A stretch of 64,000 nucleotides of DNA from Candidatus Micrarchaeota archaeon (GTDB lineage Archaea > Micrarchaeota > Micrarchaeia > Anstonellales > Bilamarchaeaceae): assembly GCA_016212525.1 (NCBI GenBank), contig JACRGD010000007.1, positions 15,112-79,111 on the forward strand. The letters run 5' to 3'. The notes below the pieces were generated by a model that was not told the origin of the DNA, did no database searches, and worked only from the letters and a program-made list of their open reading frames with translations. A program made the translations under genes and the position numbers. This document shows, piece by piece, positions 27,721 through 36,840 of the stretch (the first letter of the stretch is position 1; every line of letters starts with the position of its first letter).

Positions 27721-28677
27721 ATGGCTTTTGATCCAAAAAAATTTATCCCAAAATCAGTTGAAGAGATAAAGAAACAAATAGGAAACGAACAAGCGATCTG
27801 TGCTCTTTCGGGAGGAGTCGATTCATTTGTTGCAGCAACACTCGTTGCAAAGGCAGTTCCAAATCAATTACACGCAGTCTATGTTGATAATGGACTGATG
27901 CGAAAAAACGAGACGCAGAAAGTCAAAGAAGCCGCGAAAAAAGCAGGCGTAAATCTGATTGTAATAGATGCCAAAAAAAGATTCCTTGATGAACTTAAAG
28001 GAATTGACGAACCCGAGAAAAAACGAAAGACAATAGGCCGGGTTTTTGTTGAAATATTTCAGGAAGAATCCAAAAAATATAATGTGAAGGTTTTGGTTCA
28101 GGGAACGATCGCGCCAGATTGGATCGAAAGTGGCGGAATGGGCCGGGATACAATAAAAAGTCATCACAACGTAGGTGGGCTTCCACCGGGAATGCACCTT
28201 AAATTGTGTGAACCGCTGCGGGAACTCTACAAACACGAAGTAAGAATGCTCGCAAGCGAGCTTGGTCTTGGAGATGCAATAGCACAAAGACAACCATTCC
28301 CAGGCCCTGGATTGGCAGTACGAGTAGTTGGTGAAATCACAGAAGAAAAAGTAGCAATAGTTCAAGAAGCATGCGAAATTGTAGAAACTGAACTCGAGCA
28401 GGCTGCACAAAGCGGAAAAATGGAAAAACCATGGCAATATTTTGCAGCACTTTTACCATCCAAAACAGTTGGCGTACGAGGAGATGAACGAGCTTATCAA
28501 TATACCGTCGTCGTCAGAGCAGTAAAGAGTTTAGATGGCATGACCGCAAATTTCTCACACATACCATTTGATATTCTCGAGCGTATTTCCACTCGCATCA
28601 CAAACGAAATACGAACGGTTGGTCGGGTTGTTTACGACATAACAAACAAGCCACCGGGAACTATCGAAATGGAATAA
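27721..28677 (+). CDS. guaAB: GMP synthase subunit B (ATP pyrophosphatase domain)
   Basis: 318 aa; PP-loop SGGVDSFV; GMP synthase C-terminal dimerisation domain; the glutamine amidotransferase subunit is not in this window. Confidence 0.9.
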   Translation: MAFDPKKFIPKSVEEIKKQIGNEQAICALSGGVDSFVAATLVAKAVPNQLHAVYVDNGLMRKNETQKVKEAAKKAGVNLIVIDAKKRFLDELKGIDEPEKKRKTIGRVFVEIFQEESKKYNVKVLVQGTIAPDWIESGGMGRDTIKSHHNVGGLPPGMHLKLCEPLRELYKHEVRMLASELGLGDAIAQRQPFPGPGLAVRVVGEITEEKVAIVQEACEIVETELEQAAQSGKMEKPWQYFAALLPSKTVGVRGDERAYQYTVVVRAVKSLDGMTANFSHIPFDILERISTRITNEIRTVGRVVYDITNKPPGTIEME

Positions 28678-28704
28678 TGAGTAAGAAAAATTAGGTAAAA
28701 AAAA

Positions 28705-28983
28705 TTAAACTCGCTCTAACATTCGCTCGAATCTATTGGCTAATGCAGGAGTTGTTGGGGAGATACCCAATTCATCCATATTTCTTCGGACATCTAAAAC
28801 AGAAGAAGCAACTGCAGGAGTCCGGGCATAGTCAGCAACAGAATTCATATAATTAGAATGTGTAGTGGAAAGAGTGGTAAAACAAACTGAAACGTCAGAC
28901 TCGATCTGGGGCCTAGACGCCAAAACTCCGCGTATTGGCGGACGTTCAGAGTGAATTTCAGGAGTCCTAAATGCTTCAACCAT
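28705..28983 (-). CDS. hypothetical protein
   Basis: 92-aa ORF. Confidence 0.25.
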   Translation of the reverse strand: MVEAFRTPEIHSERPPIRGVLASRPQIESDVSVCFTTLSTTHSNYMNSVADYARTPAVASSVLDVRRNMDELGISPTTPALANRFERMLERV

Positions 28984-29051
28984 ATAATCACAATTGCTAC
29001 GACACTAATTTACCCAGAAGATTTTATAATACTGTAGGTAAGGTCATATTC

Positions 29052-29567
29052 ATGAAAGAACTGGAGCTAGCAAAAACATTAGTTGCTCAATCCAAGTACG
29101 AAGAAGCAAATCAGATACTTGAAAGACTCTTAACTAGCGGCATGGAAAACGATGAATTGTTCTATCTAAAGGGAATGATTGCACTACGAGCAAAATCATA
29201 CGAAAGCGCACTCATGTATTTTGAAAAGGCCATCTCTGAAAACAAAAAAGCAGAATATTATAGAATGAAAGGAATGACGCACTTCGAACTTTTTGAAACT
29301 GAGGATGCAATAGAAGAGTTTGAAAAATCGCTCGAGATTGATAAGGAGAACCACATAACAAACTTTTTTATGGCACTTTGTCTGATGATGAAGGATGACC
29401 CGGATGCATCAAAATATCTGACAAAGGCCAGAGAGATAGATCAGAAAAAAACTAACGTATTACTCTCTAACTTCTACTCATTATTTATCAAAAAGGATCC
29501 AAAAATAAGCGAAGAGAGAAAACTAAATATCGAGAGAAAAATACTTGGAAAAAGAGATCAGAAATAA
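29052..29567 (+). CDS. TPR-repeat protein
   Basis: ORF 28971..29567, likely start at MKELELAK (~29052); 3-4 TPR-like repeats. Confidence 0.55.
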   Translation: MKELELAKTLVAQSKYEEANQILERLLTSGMENDELFYLKGMIALRAKSYESALMYFEKAISENKKAEYYRMKGMTHFELFETEDAIEEFEKSLEIDKENHITNFFMALCLMMKDDPDASKYLTKAREIDQKKTNVLLSNFYSLFIKKDPKISEERKLNIERKILGKRDQK

Positions 29568-29569
29568 AT

Positions 29570-29623
29570 TAATAAAAATCGCTTCGCTCTCAATTAAATC
29601 CATAGCTTCGCTCTGGCCTTAAT
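29570..29623. repeat. two direct copies of AGAGCGAAGC in the tRNA-Ala 3' trailer (GAGCGAAGC family)
   Basis: minus strand reads CCAGAGCGAAGCTATGG ... GAGAGCGAAGCGATTTT. Confidence 0.45.
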
Positions 29624-29695
29624 TGGACTCAGGGGGACTCGCACCCCCGGCCTCTCGGATGCAAACCGAGCGCTCTGCTGCTGAGCTATGAGCCC
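29624..29695 (-). tRNA. tRNA-Ala (anticodon UGC)
   Basis: acceptor GGGCTCA/TGAGTCC with the G3:U70 alanine identity pair, anticodon loop TTTGCAT, T-arm GGGGG-TGCGAGT-CCCCC (G at position 55 instead of the near-universal U), discriminator A. Confidence 0.75.
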
Positions 29696-29752
29696 ATTGA
29701 TACATGCCAGAAATAAATCTGAACAGATAAGTGGACAATAATAAACATAGAA

Positions 29753-30499
29753 ATGTTAATAAACATGCAATTTAGAGTCAGATTCATGACACAGGACAAA
29801 GAAGCGCCCCAAAATCACAAAATACAGCTCGGAATGCTCATAAGAAATATAATTTTAGGAGGGCAGGATGGATTAGTCAACGTCCTTGGAATAATATTGG
29901 GAGTTGCGACGGCAACGTCTTCAACCAACATCGTTCTTCTAGCCGGACTTGCAGCAACATTTGCAGAAAGCGTAAGTATGGCCGCAGTCGCATATACATC
30001 TTCAAAGGCAGAGCAGGAACATTATGAGTCTGAAATTCTCAAGGAAACACAAGAGATAGAAAAAAGACCAGCCGATGCCAGAGAAGACGTAGTAACGATA
30101 TACAAAGAAAAAGGATTTAGCGGAAAACTTCTTGATGAGGTCGTAGAAAAAATCTGTTCAAATAAAAAACTCTGGCTAAAAACAATGATGAGCGAGGAAT
30201 TGGGATTGCAGAATCCTGAGGATCAGATGACTCCACTAAAACAAGGAATAATAGTTGGAGGAAGTGCGCTTATTGGATCTTTTGTTCCGCTCTTTCCATA
30301 TTTCTGGATCCCAGTAAAGGAGGCCATACTTCCATCTCTAATCATCTCATTATTACTTCTATTTGGAGGAGGAGCGTATAAGAGCCACATAACAAGCGGT
30401 AAATGGCTAAGAGGAGGCCTTGAACTGATGATAATAGGCGGGGTTGCAGCACTGGCAGGATATCTAGTAGGGGTCTTTTTCCAAGTACCCGTTGTCTAG
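29753..30499 (+). CDS. VIT1/CCC1-family iron/manganese transporter
   Basis: 248 aa; GGQDGLVNVLGIILGVA and FAESVSMAAVAY motifs of the VIT family. Confidence 0.75.
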   Translation: MLINMQFRVRFMTQDKEAPQNHKIQLGMLIRNIILGGQDGLVNVLGIILGVATATSSTNIVLLAGLAATFAESVSMAAVAYTSSKAEQEHYESEILKETQEIEKRPADAREDVVTIYKEKGFSGKLLDEVVEKICSNKKLWLKTMMSEELGLQNPEDQMTPLKQGIIVGGSALIGSFVPLFPYFWIPVKEAILPSLIISLLLLFGGGAYKSHITSGKWLRGGLELMIIGGVAALAGYLVGVFFQVPVV

Positions 30500-30564
30500 T
30501 AGGTCGTTTAAAGGCTTTAGGAGAGTAATATAAACAGACAAACAGATCAAGAGAGGTAATACTT

Positions 30565-31848
30565 ATGCAAGATTTCGATCGGGGAGAGCCAAGAAAATTT
30601 TTTGATAAGCGTGCGATGTTCCTTAAAAAATCCAAGGACACAGTAAGAGAAGCACTCAAAAGCAGAGATATGCTCCTTAGTGGAGTCACAAAAACGATTG
30701 TCGATCTGGACCAGATAATAAATATGCTCGGCGAACGATTGGAGCATTGGTACGAGATATATTTCCCGGAAATATACATGGAAGACAAGGTAAAATATGC
30801 CCAGGCAGTACTTGCGATAGACCGGCAGAATCCAAATGAAGAACAACTGTCAGCACTCTTTGGACCTAAAAAGGCACAGGAAATAATCGACAAATCGAAA
30901 ACAAGTCTTGGAGCCAATCTCGCGATCGAAGACTTGGAAAAATGCAGAGCGCTTGCAGACGAAATAATATCTATGAAAGAGCTCAAGAACAATCTCGAAG
31001 ACTACCAGAAAGACTTAGCTGGACAGATCTGTCCAAATTTAACCGCACTCGCAGGGGCAGAAATAGCAGCAAGAATGCTCGCGCACATTGGATCGCTCAA
31101 GAGACTCGCAATACTCCCGGCAAGCACATTGCAGGTCATCGGAGCCGAGAATTCATTATTTAAACACTTAAAAAATAGACGAATTCCTCCACCTAAGCAC
31201 GGAATTATTTTCCAACATCCAAAGATCTCATCTTCTCCAAAAGCAGTGCGCGGAAAGATTGCACGCGCACTCTCAAACAAGATGGCTCTTGCACTTAAGG
31301 CAGATGCATATACGAAGAACGATTTGAGCAAGATGTTAATTGAAGGATTCGAAAAGAGAGTCAGTCAGATAATGAAGGACTACGAACGAAACAAGAACAA
31401 GCCAAAGAAGTTCCCGGAACAACAGATGCAACCTCAAACACAGTACCGTGAAGATAGAGACGAACCACCACGGGAGAGAAGACCATTTCAACAAAATAAC
31501 AGACGCGACTTTGAAAGAGCTCCACCTAGAGAGGATCGTTATAGTGGAGATCGGGATAGAGCTCCGCCACGACCCCAACAATCTCAGTATCGGGATCGTG
31601 AAGGAGATCGGGAACGAAGACCATTCCCACCAAGTCGGGATCGATACTCGGCCCCTGCACCAGCTCAGTCATCATCTCAATATCGAGATCGCAGAGAAGA
31701 CACACGTGAACGGGGATCTTATCCGCCACAGAATCGGGATCGCGGCTCACCATATGGACGCGACCGAGATGATTCGGATAATCGATCAGGCGGAAGTTAC
31801 AGTGGCAGACGAAGAGACAACAGAAGACGAGATCGACCAAGATACTAG
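30565..31848 (+). CDS. nop5: Nop5/Nop56 C/D box RNP protein with long RD/RE-rich C-terminal tail
   Basis: 427 aa; Nop domain (ICPNLTALAGAEIAARMLAHIGSLKRLAILPASTLQVIGAE); the last ~150 aa are low-complexity R/D/E/Y/P/S-rich repeats (YRDRE, RDR, DRY). Confidence 0.85.
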   Translation: MQDFDRGEPRKFFDKRAMFLKKSKDTVREALKSRDMLLSGVTKTIVDLDQIINMLGERLEHWYEIYFPEIYMEDKVKYAQAVLAIDRQNPNEEQLSALFGPKKAQEIIDKSKTSLGANLAIEDLEKCRALADEIISMKELKNNLEDYQKDLAGQICPNLTALAGAEIAARMLAHIGSLKRLAILPASTLQVIGAENSLFKHLKNRRIPPPKHGIIFQHPKISSSPKAVRGKIARALSNKMALALKADAYTKNDLSKMLIEGFEKRVSQIMKDYERNKNKPKKFPEQQMQPQTQYREDRDEPPRERRPFQQNNRRDFERAPPREDRYSGDRDRAPPRPQQSQYRDREGDRERRPFPPSRDRYSAPAPAQSSSQYRDRREDTRERGSYPPQNRDRGSPYGRDRDDSDNRSGGSYSGRRRDNRRRDRPRY

Positions 31849-31862
31849 CACACTCGAGGCAG

Positions 31863-32501
31863 ATGAAATCCATGAATCTGCTAATCTTCTCTGATCTTCA
31901 TGAAGATGACCAGGCACTAGATCGCCTCGGAGTCCACTCATCCAAATACGACTACGTTTTAGGAGCCGGGGATCTTTGTGACACCAACTGGTTTGCAGAA
32001 AAGATGCTCGAGACATTCGATTCGAAAAAATACTTTTTTGTAGCAGGAAATGCAGATACAAAAGTAGCCAATGAGGCATATAGGAAAAGCGGCTCGTTTA
32101 TTCATGGGAGGAAAGTAGAAATTGAAAACGAACTGAACATAGCAGGATTTGGGATGAGTACGCCAACCCCATATGGAACGTATGGCGAACTGTCCGAAGA
32201 AGAGTTTGAAGAGGGGTTGACGAACCTGAAGATCGATCAGAACACACTACTTTTACTACATTGTCCTCCTAAGGGGCATTTTGACCTTACACCAAAAGGG
32301 AACATTGGGAGCAGAGCGGTGCTTTGGGCAATAGAAGAATTCGAGCCAAAAATGGTGTTCTTTGGCCATATTCATGAACGAATGGGCTGTGCTAAGATAG
32401 GACAGAGCACACTGGTAAAATTGCCACCAGCGAACAGAAACATGGCCGCTTCAGTTAGATTAGATGGACAAAATATTGATGTGGAGTTTATTGGAATATG
32501 A
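31863..32501 (+). CDS. calcineurin-like metallophosphoesterase (MJ0936/YfcE-like)
   Basis: 212 aa; LIFSDLH, GAGDLCD, GNAD and GHIHE metal-binding motifs. Confidence 0.7.
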   Translation: MKSMNLLIFSDLHEDDQALDRLGVHSSKYDYVLGAGDLCDTNWFAEKMLETFDSKKYFFVAGNADTKVANEAYRKSGSFIHGRKVEIENELNIAGFGMSTPTPYGTYGELSEEEFEEGLTNLKIDQNTLLLLHCPPKGHFDLTPKGNIGSRAVLWAIEEFEPKMVFFGHIHERMGCAKIGQSTLVKLPPANRNMAASVRLDGQNIDVEFIGI

Positions 32502-32899
32502 CAGAACAGATACGGATAATACAGGCAAATGAGGGAGAGTTGGATAAAGTAAAACAACTCATATTCAAAATATTTCCAAGCTCATTAGTCAACATATTAG
32601 AGGGAGACATAGTACTTGTGGCAAAGCAGGACAAAAAAACAATAGGATTCTTGCACATAAGCGAGCGGGAGAGCGCATTTCTCATAAAAGGAATAGGAGT
32701 CGATCCGACATGTCGGAGCAAAGGCATCGCATCAATGCTCCTAAGCGAAGCCATAAACGTGATTGGAGACTTTGAAAAGCCAATATATCTGAAGGTAAAA
32801 CAGGAAAATTCGGCAGTTCAGATTTACATAAAACATGGCTTCTTCCTAAAAAAGCAACAGGAAGAAACACTGATTCTGATCAGAAAACAAAATAATTAG
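32498..32899 (+). CDS. GNAT-family N-acetyltransferase
   Basis: 133 aa; acetyl-CoA-binding motif A (GVDPTCRSKGIASMLL). Confidence 0.65.
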   Translation: MTEQIRIIQANEGELDKVKQLIFKIFPSSLVNILEGDIVLVAKQDKKTIGFLHISERESAFLIKGIGVDPTCRSKGIASMLLSEAINVIGDFEKPIYLKVKQENSAVQIYIKHGFFLKKQQEETLILIRKQNN

Positions 32900-32964
32900 A
32901 TTTAAATATTATTGTTACAACATTATCACTCTGATCATTCTTAGATTATAGCGAGCCCCGAGAG

Positions 32965-33078
32965 TTAAGGGGGGATGAGCTAACCTGGTATGCTGCTAGC
33001 TTTGGGACGCAAGCCGGTCTTTAGATCGGCGAAGCTGCAAAAGAGCTAGTTGTCTGTGTTCAAATCACAGTCCCCCCA
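32965..33078 (+). tRNA. tRNA-Pro (anticodon UGG) with ~37-nt intron at 37/38
   Basis: acceptor GGGGGGA/TCCCCCC, anticodon stem CTAGC/GCTAG with loop TTTGGG|A, T-arm CTGTG-TTCAAAT-CACAG, discriminator A; the intron contains GATCGGCGAAGCTGC; coordinates uncertain by ±4 nt. Confidence 0.75.
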
Positions 33079-33124
33079 ATCTTCTTATGAAAAACAAAAC
33101 CTTCGCGACCCTTCGAGATCGCTC

Positions 33125-33159
33125 GGTGTGTCTGTGTTCAAATCACAGTCCCCCCAATC
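33125..33159 (+). repeat. 31-bp direct duplicate of the tRNA-Pro 3' end (T-arm plus acceptor), att-site-like
   Basis: TGTCTGTGTTCAAATCACAGTCCCCCCAATC occurs at the tRNA 3' end and again ~78 bp downstream; visible as SVFKSQSPQS twice in ORF 33050..33598. Confidence 0.8.
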
Positions 33160-33189
33160 ATATTTAAATCGACCGAGTCAAAATGAGAA

Positions 33190-33598
33190 CATGAATCAAA
33201 ATGATATGTTTAGACTCGTACCAGTCTACATGTACGGACTATTTTTTGGAATTGTAATTTTTCTCTCAATGAATGGCCCACTAGGAATCCCTGCATTTTC
33301 CTTTGAAAATATCATTAACCCATTCTTAGGAGAAAAGGGAAATATAGGAATTGCACTTTTTGCAGTTAGCATAATTGAGGTAGTGATATTAGACAAACTG
33401 TTTCTACCAGAGGCACTTAAAGATCAGAAGAAAGAGATGGTCGTCATAGGACTAGCTGAAATGCCAGGACTACTAGGTTTTGTGTTTTGCTTCTTAATTC
33501 GCAATCCGTGGCCATTTCTTGCGTTTGCAGTCATCGGACTTTGCAACTACGCATATGTGTTAATGAAACTCAGAAACGAGAGCCAAAGAACAGAATAG
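33190..33598 (+). CDS. small membrane protein (paralog 1 of a tandem pair)
   Basis: ORF 33050..33598 has an N-terminal extension that just translates the tRNA duplicate; likely start is MNQNDMFRL; 4 TM helices; C-terminal IRNPWPFLAFAVIGLCNYAYVLMKLR is shared with the next gene. Confidence 0.5.
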
Positions 33599-33610
33599 AG
33601 AGATCACGAT

Positions 33611-34054
33611 ATGAAAGATCCTTTTTTGAGGACCGTGCCTCTGATCTCATTCTTTTTAGTTACACTGCTTCTAATTCTGACATTTGCAACAAGCATCAGA
33701 ATCCCTGGATTGACAATGGAATCATTGAGTGAGCCATTCTCAAATAAGTACGAATTACTCAGAAACATTTTCCTAAGCATAACGATAATCGATTTTTTGG
33801 TACTAAACTTTATTTTTCTTCCCAAAGCACAAAACGAGATCAGATCGGCAAGTTTGGTAATTGGACTAATACAGATCGTACCAATCTGCGGATATATTTA
33901 CGCAGTTTTGATAAGAAATCCCTGGACATATGTACCATTTGCATTGGTGACATATCTAAACTATTTATACATACTAAGAAAAGTAAGAGTATCTGCACTT
34001 GGCAAACGAAGTTCTGAACTCAAATCTAGCATTGAATCCAAGAAAAACGATTAG
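33611..34054 (+). CDS. small membrane protein (paralog 2)
   Basis: 147 aa; C-terminal IRNPWTYVPFALVTYLNYLYILRKVR is homologous to the preceding gene. Confidence 0.5.
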   Translation: MKDPFLRTVPLISFFLVTLLLILTFATSIRIPGLTMESLSEPFSNKYELLRNIFLSITIIDFLVLNFIFLPKAQNEIRSASLVIGLIQIVPICGYIYAVLIRNPWTYVPFALVTYLNYLYILRKVRVSALGKRSSELKSSIESKKND

Positions 34055-34083
34055 GGGGTAGCAAGTAGATGAAAACAGGTATA

Positions 34084-35097
34084 TCATAAATCCGATTTTT
34101 GATCAAAAAGAAGTTCCGCAACGACCGCCCTGTGATCTGAAGTAGGAGTCGGATCAACTTCATATCTTGCAAATTGAACCCCTGGACCTGCAAGGAATAT
34201 GTAATCTAAAGTTCGATTTGGTGCTACTGCCGGATAGGTATGAAATCCATCAAGAAGATCAGGGTTTGCATTGGCAGTTAGGTCAAATGGTGGAATAAAT
34301 AGTTTTTGTTCGATGATGTGCTGCATTGCAGGATCATGAGTATAGTCATCAGGATCGCCAGATAAATGACTGGGAAATGCCATTAGTCTTGAGGAGCGGG
34401 GTATCGCATTAAAGTCGCCGGCAATAACCATTGGCATATCAAAGCGTCTTAAAGCGCTTCGCACCTTTGTATGTAGTTTTTGTATCTGCCAGCCCCTGCC
34501 AAACGTATTTCCCCGAAGTTCAGGACCAAGATAGCGGATGATTTGATAAAATATGTCACTTAGGAGATGGGTACTATATACCCCAAAATCAGGACCGTCA
34601 GGAGGAGAGACCATTACAAAGGTAAAACCTTTGCATTCATTGAGCAATTTGACAAGATAATTCACCGGGAGATGAGGAGAAAAGGATTGACCAAAATCAT
34701 AACTGGTGTGTTCAGAAAGCGGATATTTAGAGATTACAACAGTACCAAGATCTCGCCCAAGCACAGTGTTTGAAACAAACGATTTCAACACACCTGGAAG
34801 CGGACTTCTTAGATGCGAAGACCCATGATAAAAACTAAAACCCAGACGATGAACAAGATATTCAAGTTGATTTATTCCTGCAGTCCTAAGAGAGAAAAAA
34901 TCAACCTCCTGCAGACACACAACCACTGCGCCCGAGGCAATAATTCTCTCGGCAATAACATCCAGATTTCGAAAAACTTGTTTTTTTGTTATCGGTTGAC
35001 GCAATTCTCCAAAAGGCCCATGAGCAGTATTGATGTTTTGAGAATATAGAATCACTCTGCAGGGCTCTTTGGCAAGTGCCATAATAGATAAGTACAA
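34084..35097 (-). CDS. endonuclease/exonuclease/phosphatase (EEP) family protein
   Basis: 337 aa; VVCLQEVD and TSDHRAV catalytic motifs of the EEP fold. Confidence 0.7.
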   Translation of the reverse strand: MYLSIMALAKEPCRVILYSQNINTAHGPFGELRQPITKKQVFRNLDVIAERIIASGAVVVCLQEVDFFSLRTAGINQLEYLVHRLGFSFYHGSSHLRSPLPGVLKSFVSNTVLGRDLGTVVISKYPLSEHTSYDFGQSFSPHLPVNYLVKLLNECKGFTFVMVSPPDGPDFGVYSTHLLSDIFYQIIRYLGPELRGNTFGRGWQIQKLHTKVRSALRRFDMPMVIAGDFNAIPRSSRLMAFPSHLSGDPDDYTHDPAMQHIIEQKLFIPPFDLTANANPDLLDGFHTYPAVAPNRTLDYIFLAGPGVQFARYEVDPTPTSDHRAVVAELLFDQKSDL

Positions 35098-35130
35098 AGA
35101 AGCTATAAAAGAAACGCAAAGTTACAAAGA

Positions 35131-35150
35131 TATTTATAGTGGGAAAGACA
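35131..35150 (+). promoter_or_regulatory. promoter-like 20-mer TATTTATAGTGGGAAAGACA (TATA box plus downstream element), copy 1, upstream of the hisD cluster
   Basis: TTTATA archaeal TATA consensus; 19/20 identical to a second copy at 42510, 70-95 bp upstream of hisF. Confidence 0.45.
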
Positions 35151-35292
35151 CAGACATTGTGTTAGTTAATGATTAGGTGAAAATAATGGTGAACAAAAGA
35201 GGTATGGAAAGGGGTTTACTTCACCCCGATAAAGGAAAAGGATTTACTTCATCCGTCTGGATGCCAAAGCAAGACTAGTTTTACCGCTGTCA

Positions 35293-35484
35293 GTGCGGGA
35301 TCGATTAAACATCAAACCCAAAGACCAAATTTTACTTAGCGTTAGCAGTTTTTCGGATTCGGGGGATAAACAAACAATTACTTTAGTATTAGCGAAAGCC
35401 CCGGAAGATTTCCAGACTGAATCATATTCGTATTCGCGCAACGGGCGAGTTGTAGGAAAAAAATTTCGAGGTGGATTTGAATGA
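35293..35484 (+). CDS. small AbrB/MazE-like (swapped-hairpin) protein translationally coupled to hisD
   Basis: 63-aa GTG-start ORF; N-terminus RDRLNIKPKDQILL resembles the AbrB-type LxIKPGDxL motif; its stop overlaps the hisD start codon. Confidence 0.3.
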   Translation: MRDRLNIKPKDQILLSVSSFSDSGDKQTITLVLAKAPEDFQTESYSYSRNGRVVGKKFRGGFE

Positions 35485-36839
35485 CTATTTTGAAAGTTCA
35501 GAGGTTAATTGATGCTGATTTATCTAAATTATTGGATCGCGGGACAACTAAGACAAATGTTATGCAGACAGTTCAATCGGTTTTTGAAGCGATTAAACTA
35601 CGTGGATTAACTGCAGCATTAGAATTTACAAAGCAGTTTGATGGAGTTACATTTAAATTTGCAAGTGAACTTTGCGTTTCAGATGCTTCGATAAAAGAGG
35701 CATATTCAAAATTGTCTAAAGAGCAAATAAGTGCAATTAAAGATTCGATAACCCGGGTTCGGGCATTTTGCATTGCTCAACTTCAAAATGTTCAAAACAC
35801 AAAACTCAAAACTGCAGAAGGTATCACTGAGCTTCGATGGCTTCCAATAGAGAGAGTCGGAATATATGCGCCAGCTGGCCGAGCTCCGCTTCCATCTTCA
35901 GTAATAATGGGTGCAATTACAGCTAAAGTTGCCGGAGTACGAAAACTGATCTTATGCGCTCCACCTCAAAAAGATGGGACTATAAATCCTGCAATTCTTG
36001 TTGCAGCTAATGAATGTGGAATAACTGAAATTTATAAAATTGGAGGAGCTCAAGCGATAGCTGCGATGACTTATGGATTATCAGCATCGAACATCGAGTT
36101 TCCGGCAGTGGATATGATTTGCGGGCCGGGAAACGCTTATGTTGCATACGCAAAGCAATACGCCGCATCTGAGGGGAGAGTAAAAATTGATACTATTGCA
36201 GGTCCGTCTGAAGTCTTAATTTTAGCAGATAAAACTGCAAACCCAAAACTCGTTGCAGCCGACATGCTTGCTCAAGCAGAGCACGGACCAACTTCGGCTG
36301 CAATATGCGTTTCGTGTTCAGAGAGTTTTTCCCAAAGTTTGGCAATCGAATTAGATCGCCAGCTTAACGCTTTTGGAGAAGGAGAAAAACAGGAACCCAT
36401 GCGAACTTCACTTAGAAATTGGGGTGCAATTTTGGTTGCTGAATCATTAGATCAGGCAATCGATTTTGTGAATGATTTTGCATCCGAGCACGTCGAACTT
36501 TATCTTGAAAATGCTGATAAAGTAGCCAATCGAATTACCTTTGCCGGAGCAATCTTTATAGGAACTGGAGAAGTCTTTGGCGATTATGGTATGGCTGGAG
36601 GAAATCACATTCTTCCAACTGGCAGATCTGCAAGATTTGCCTCTCCAGTTAGCGTGTATTCATTCCTGCGACAGCAACAAATCGAAAAGATGAATACCGA
36701 TGCACAAGCGCAACTTGCAGAAGCAACTGCTGATTTTGCCAGGGTTGAAACACTTGAAGCACATGCGCGCTCGGCTGAGGTTAGGGCTAGTGAATCTAAC
36801 ATTGCAAAAAATAATAATAATACAAAAGAGGAGGAGTAA
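35481..36839 (+). CDS. hisD: histidinol dehydrogenase
   Basis: 452 aa with HisD zinc/NAD-binding motifs (QAEHGP, GPGNAYV). Confidence 0.95.
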   Translation: MTILKVQRLIDADLSKLLDRGTTKTNVMQTVQSVFEAIKLRGLTAALEFTKQFDGVTFKFASELCVSDASIKEAYSKLSKEQISAIKDSITRVRAFCIAQLQNVQNTKLKTAEGITELRWLPIERVGIYAPAGRAPLPSSVIMGAITAKVAGVRKLILCAPPQKDGTINPAILVAANECGITEIYKIGGAQAIAAMTYGLSASNIEFPAVDMICGPGNAYVAYAKQYAASEGRVKIDTIAGPSEVLILADKTANPKLVAADMLAQAEHGPTSAAICVSCSESFSQSLAIELDRQLNAFGEGEKQEPMRTSLRNWGAILVAESLDQAIDFVNDFASEHVELYLENADKVANRITFAGAIFIGTGEVFGDYGMAGGNHILPTGRSARFASPVSVYSFLRQQQIEKMNTDAQAQLAEATADFARVETLEAHARSAEVRASESNIAKNNNNTKEEE

Positions 36840-36840
36840 A

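Noticed and set aside
30342-30992. 216-aa minus-strand ORF overlapping the VIT gene and nop5
   Set aside because: It is antisense to two well-supported genes at once and its composition is not protein-like, so it is spurious.
33050-33189. N-terminal 47 aa of ORF 33050..33598 (MSVFKSQSPQS...)
   Set aside because: This part is a translation of the tRNA-Pro 3' end and its duplicate. The genuine membrane-protein gene most likely starts at the internal Met near 33190.
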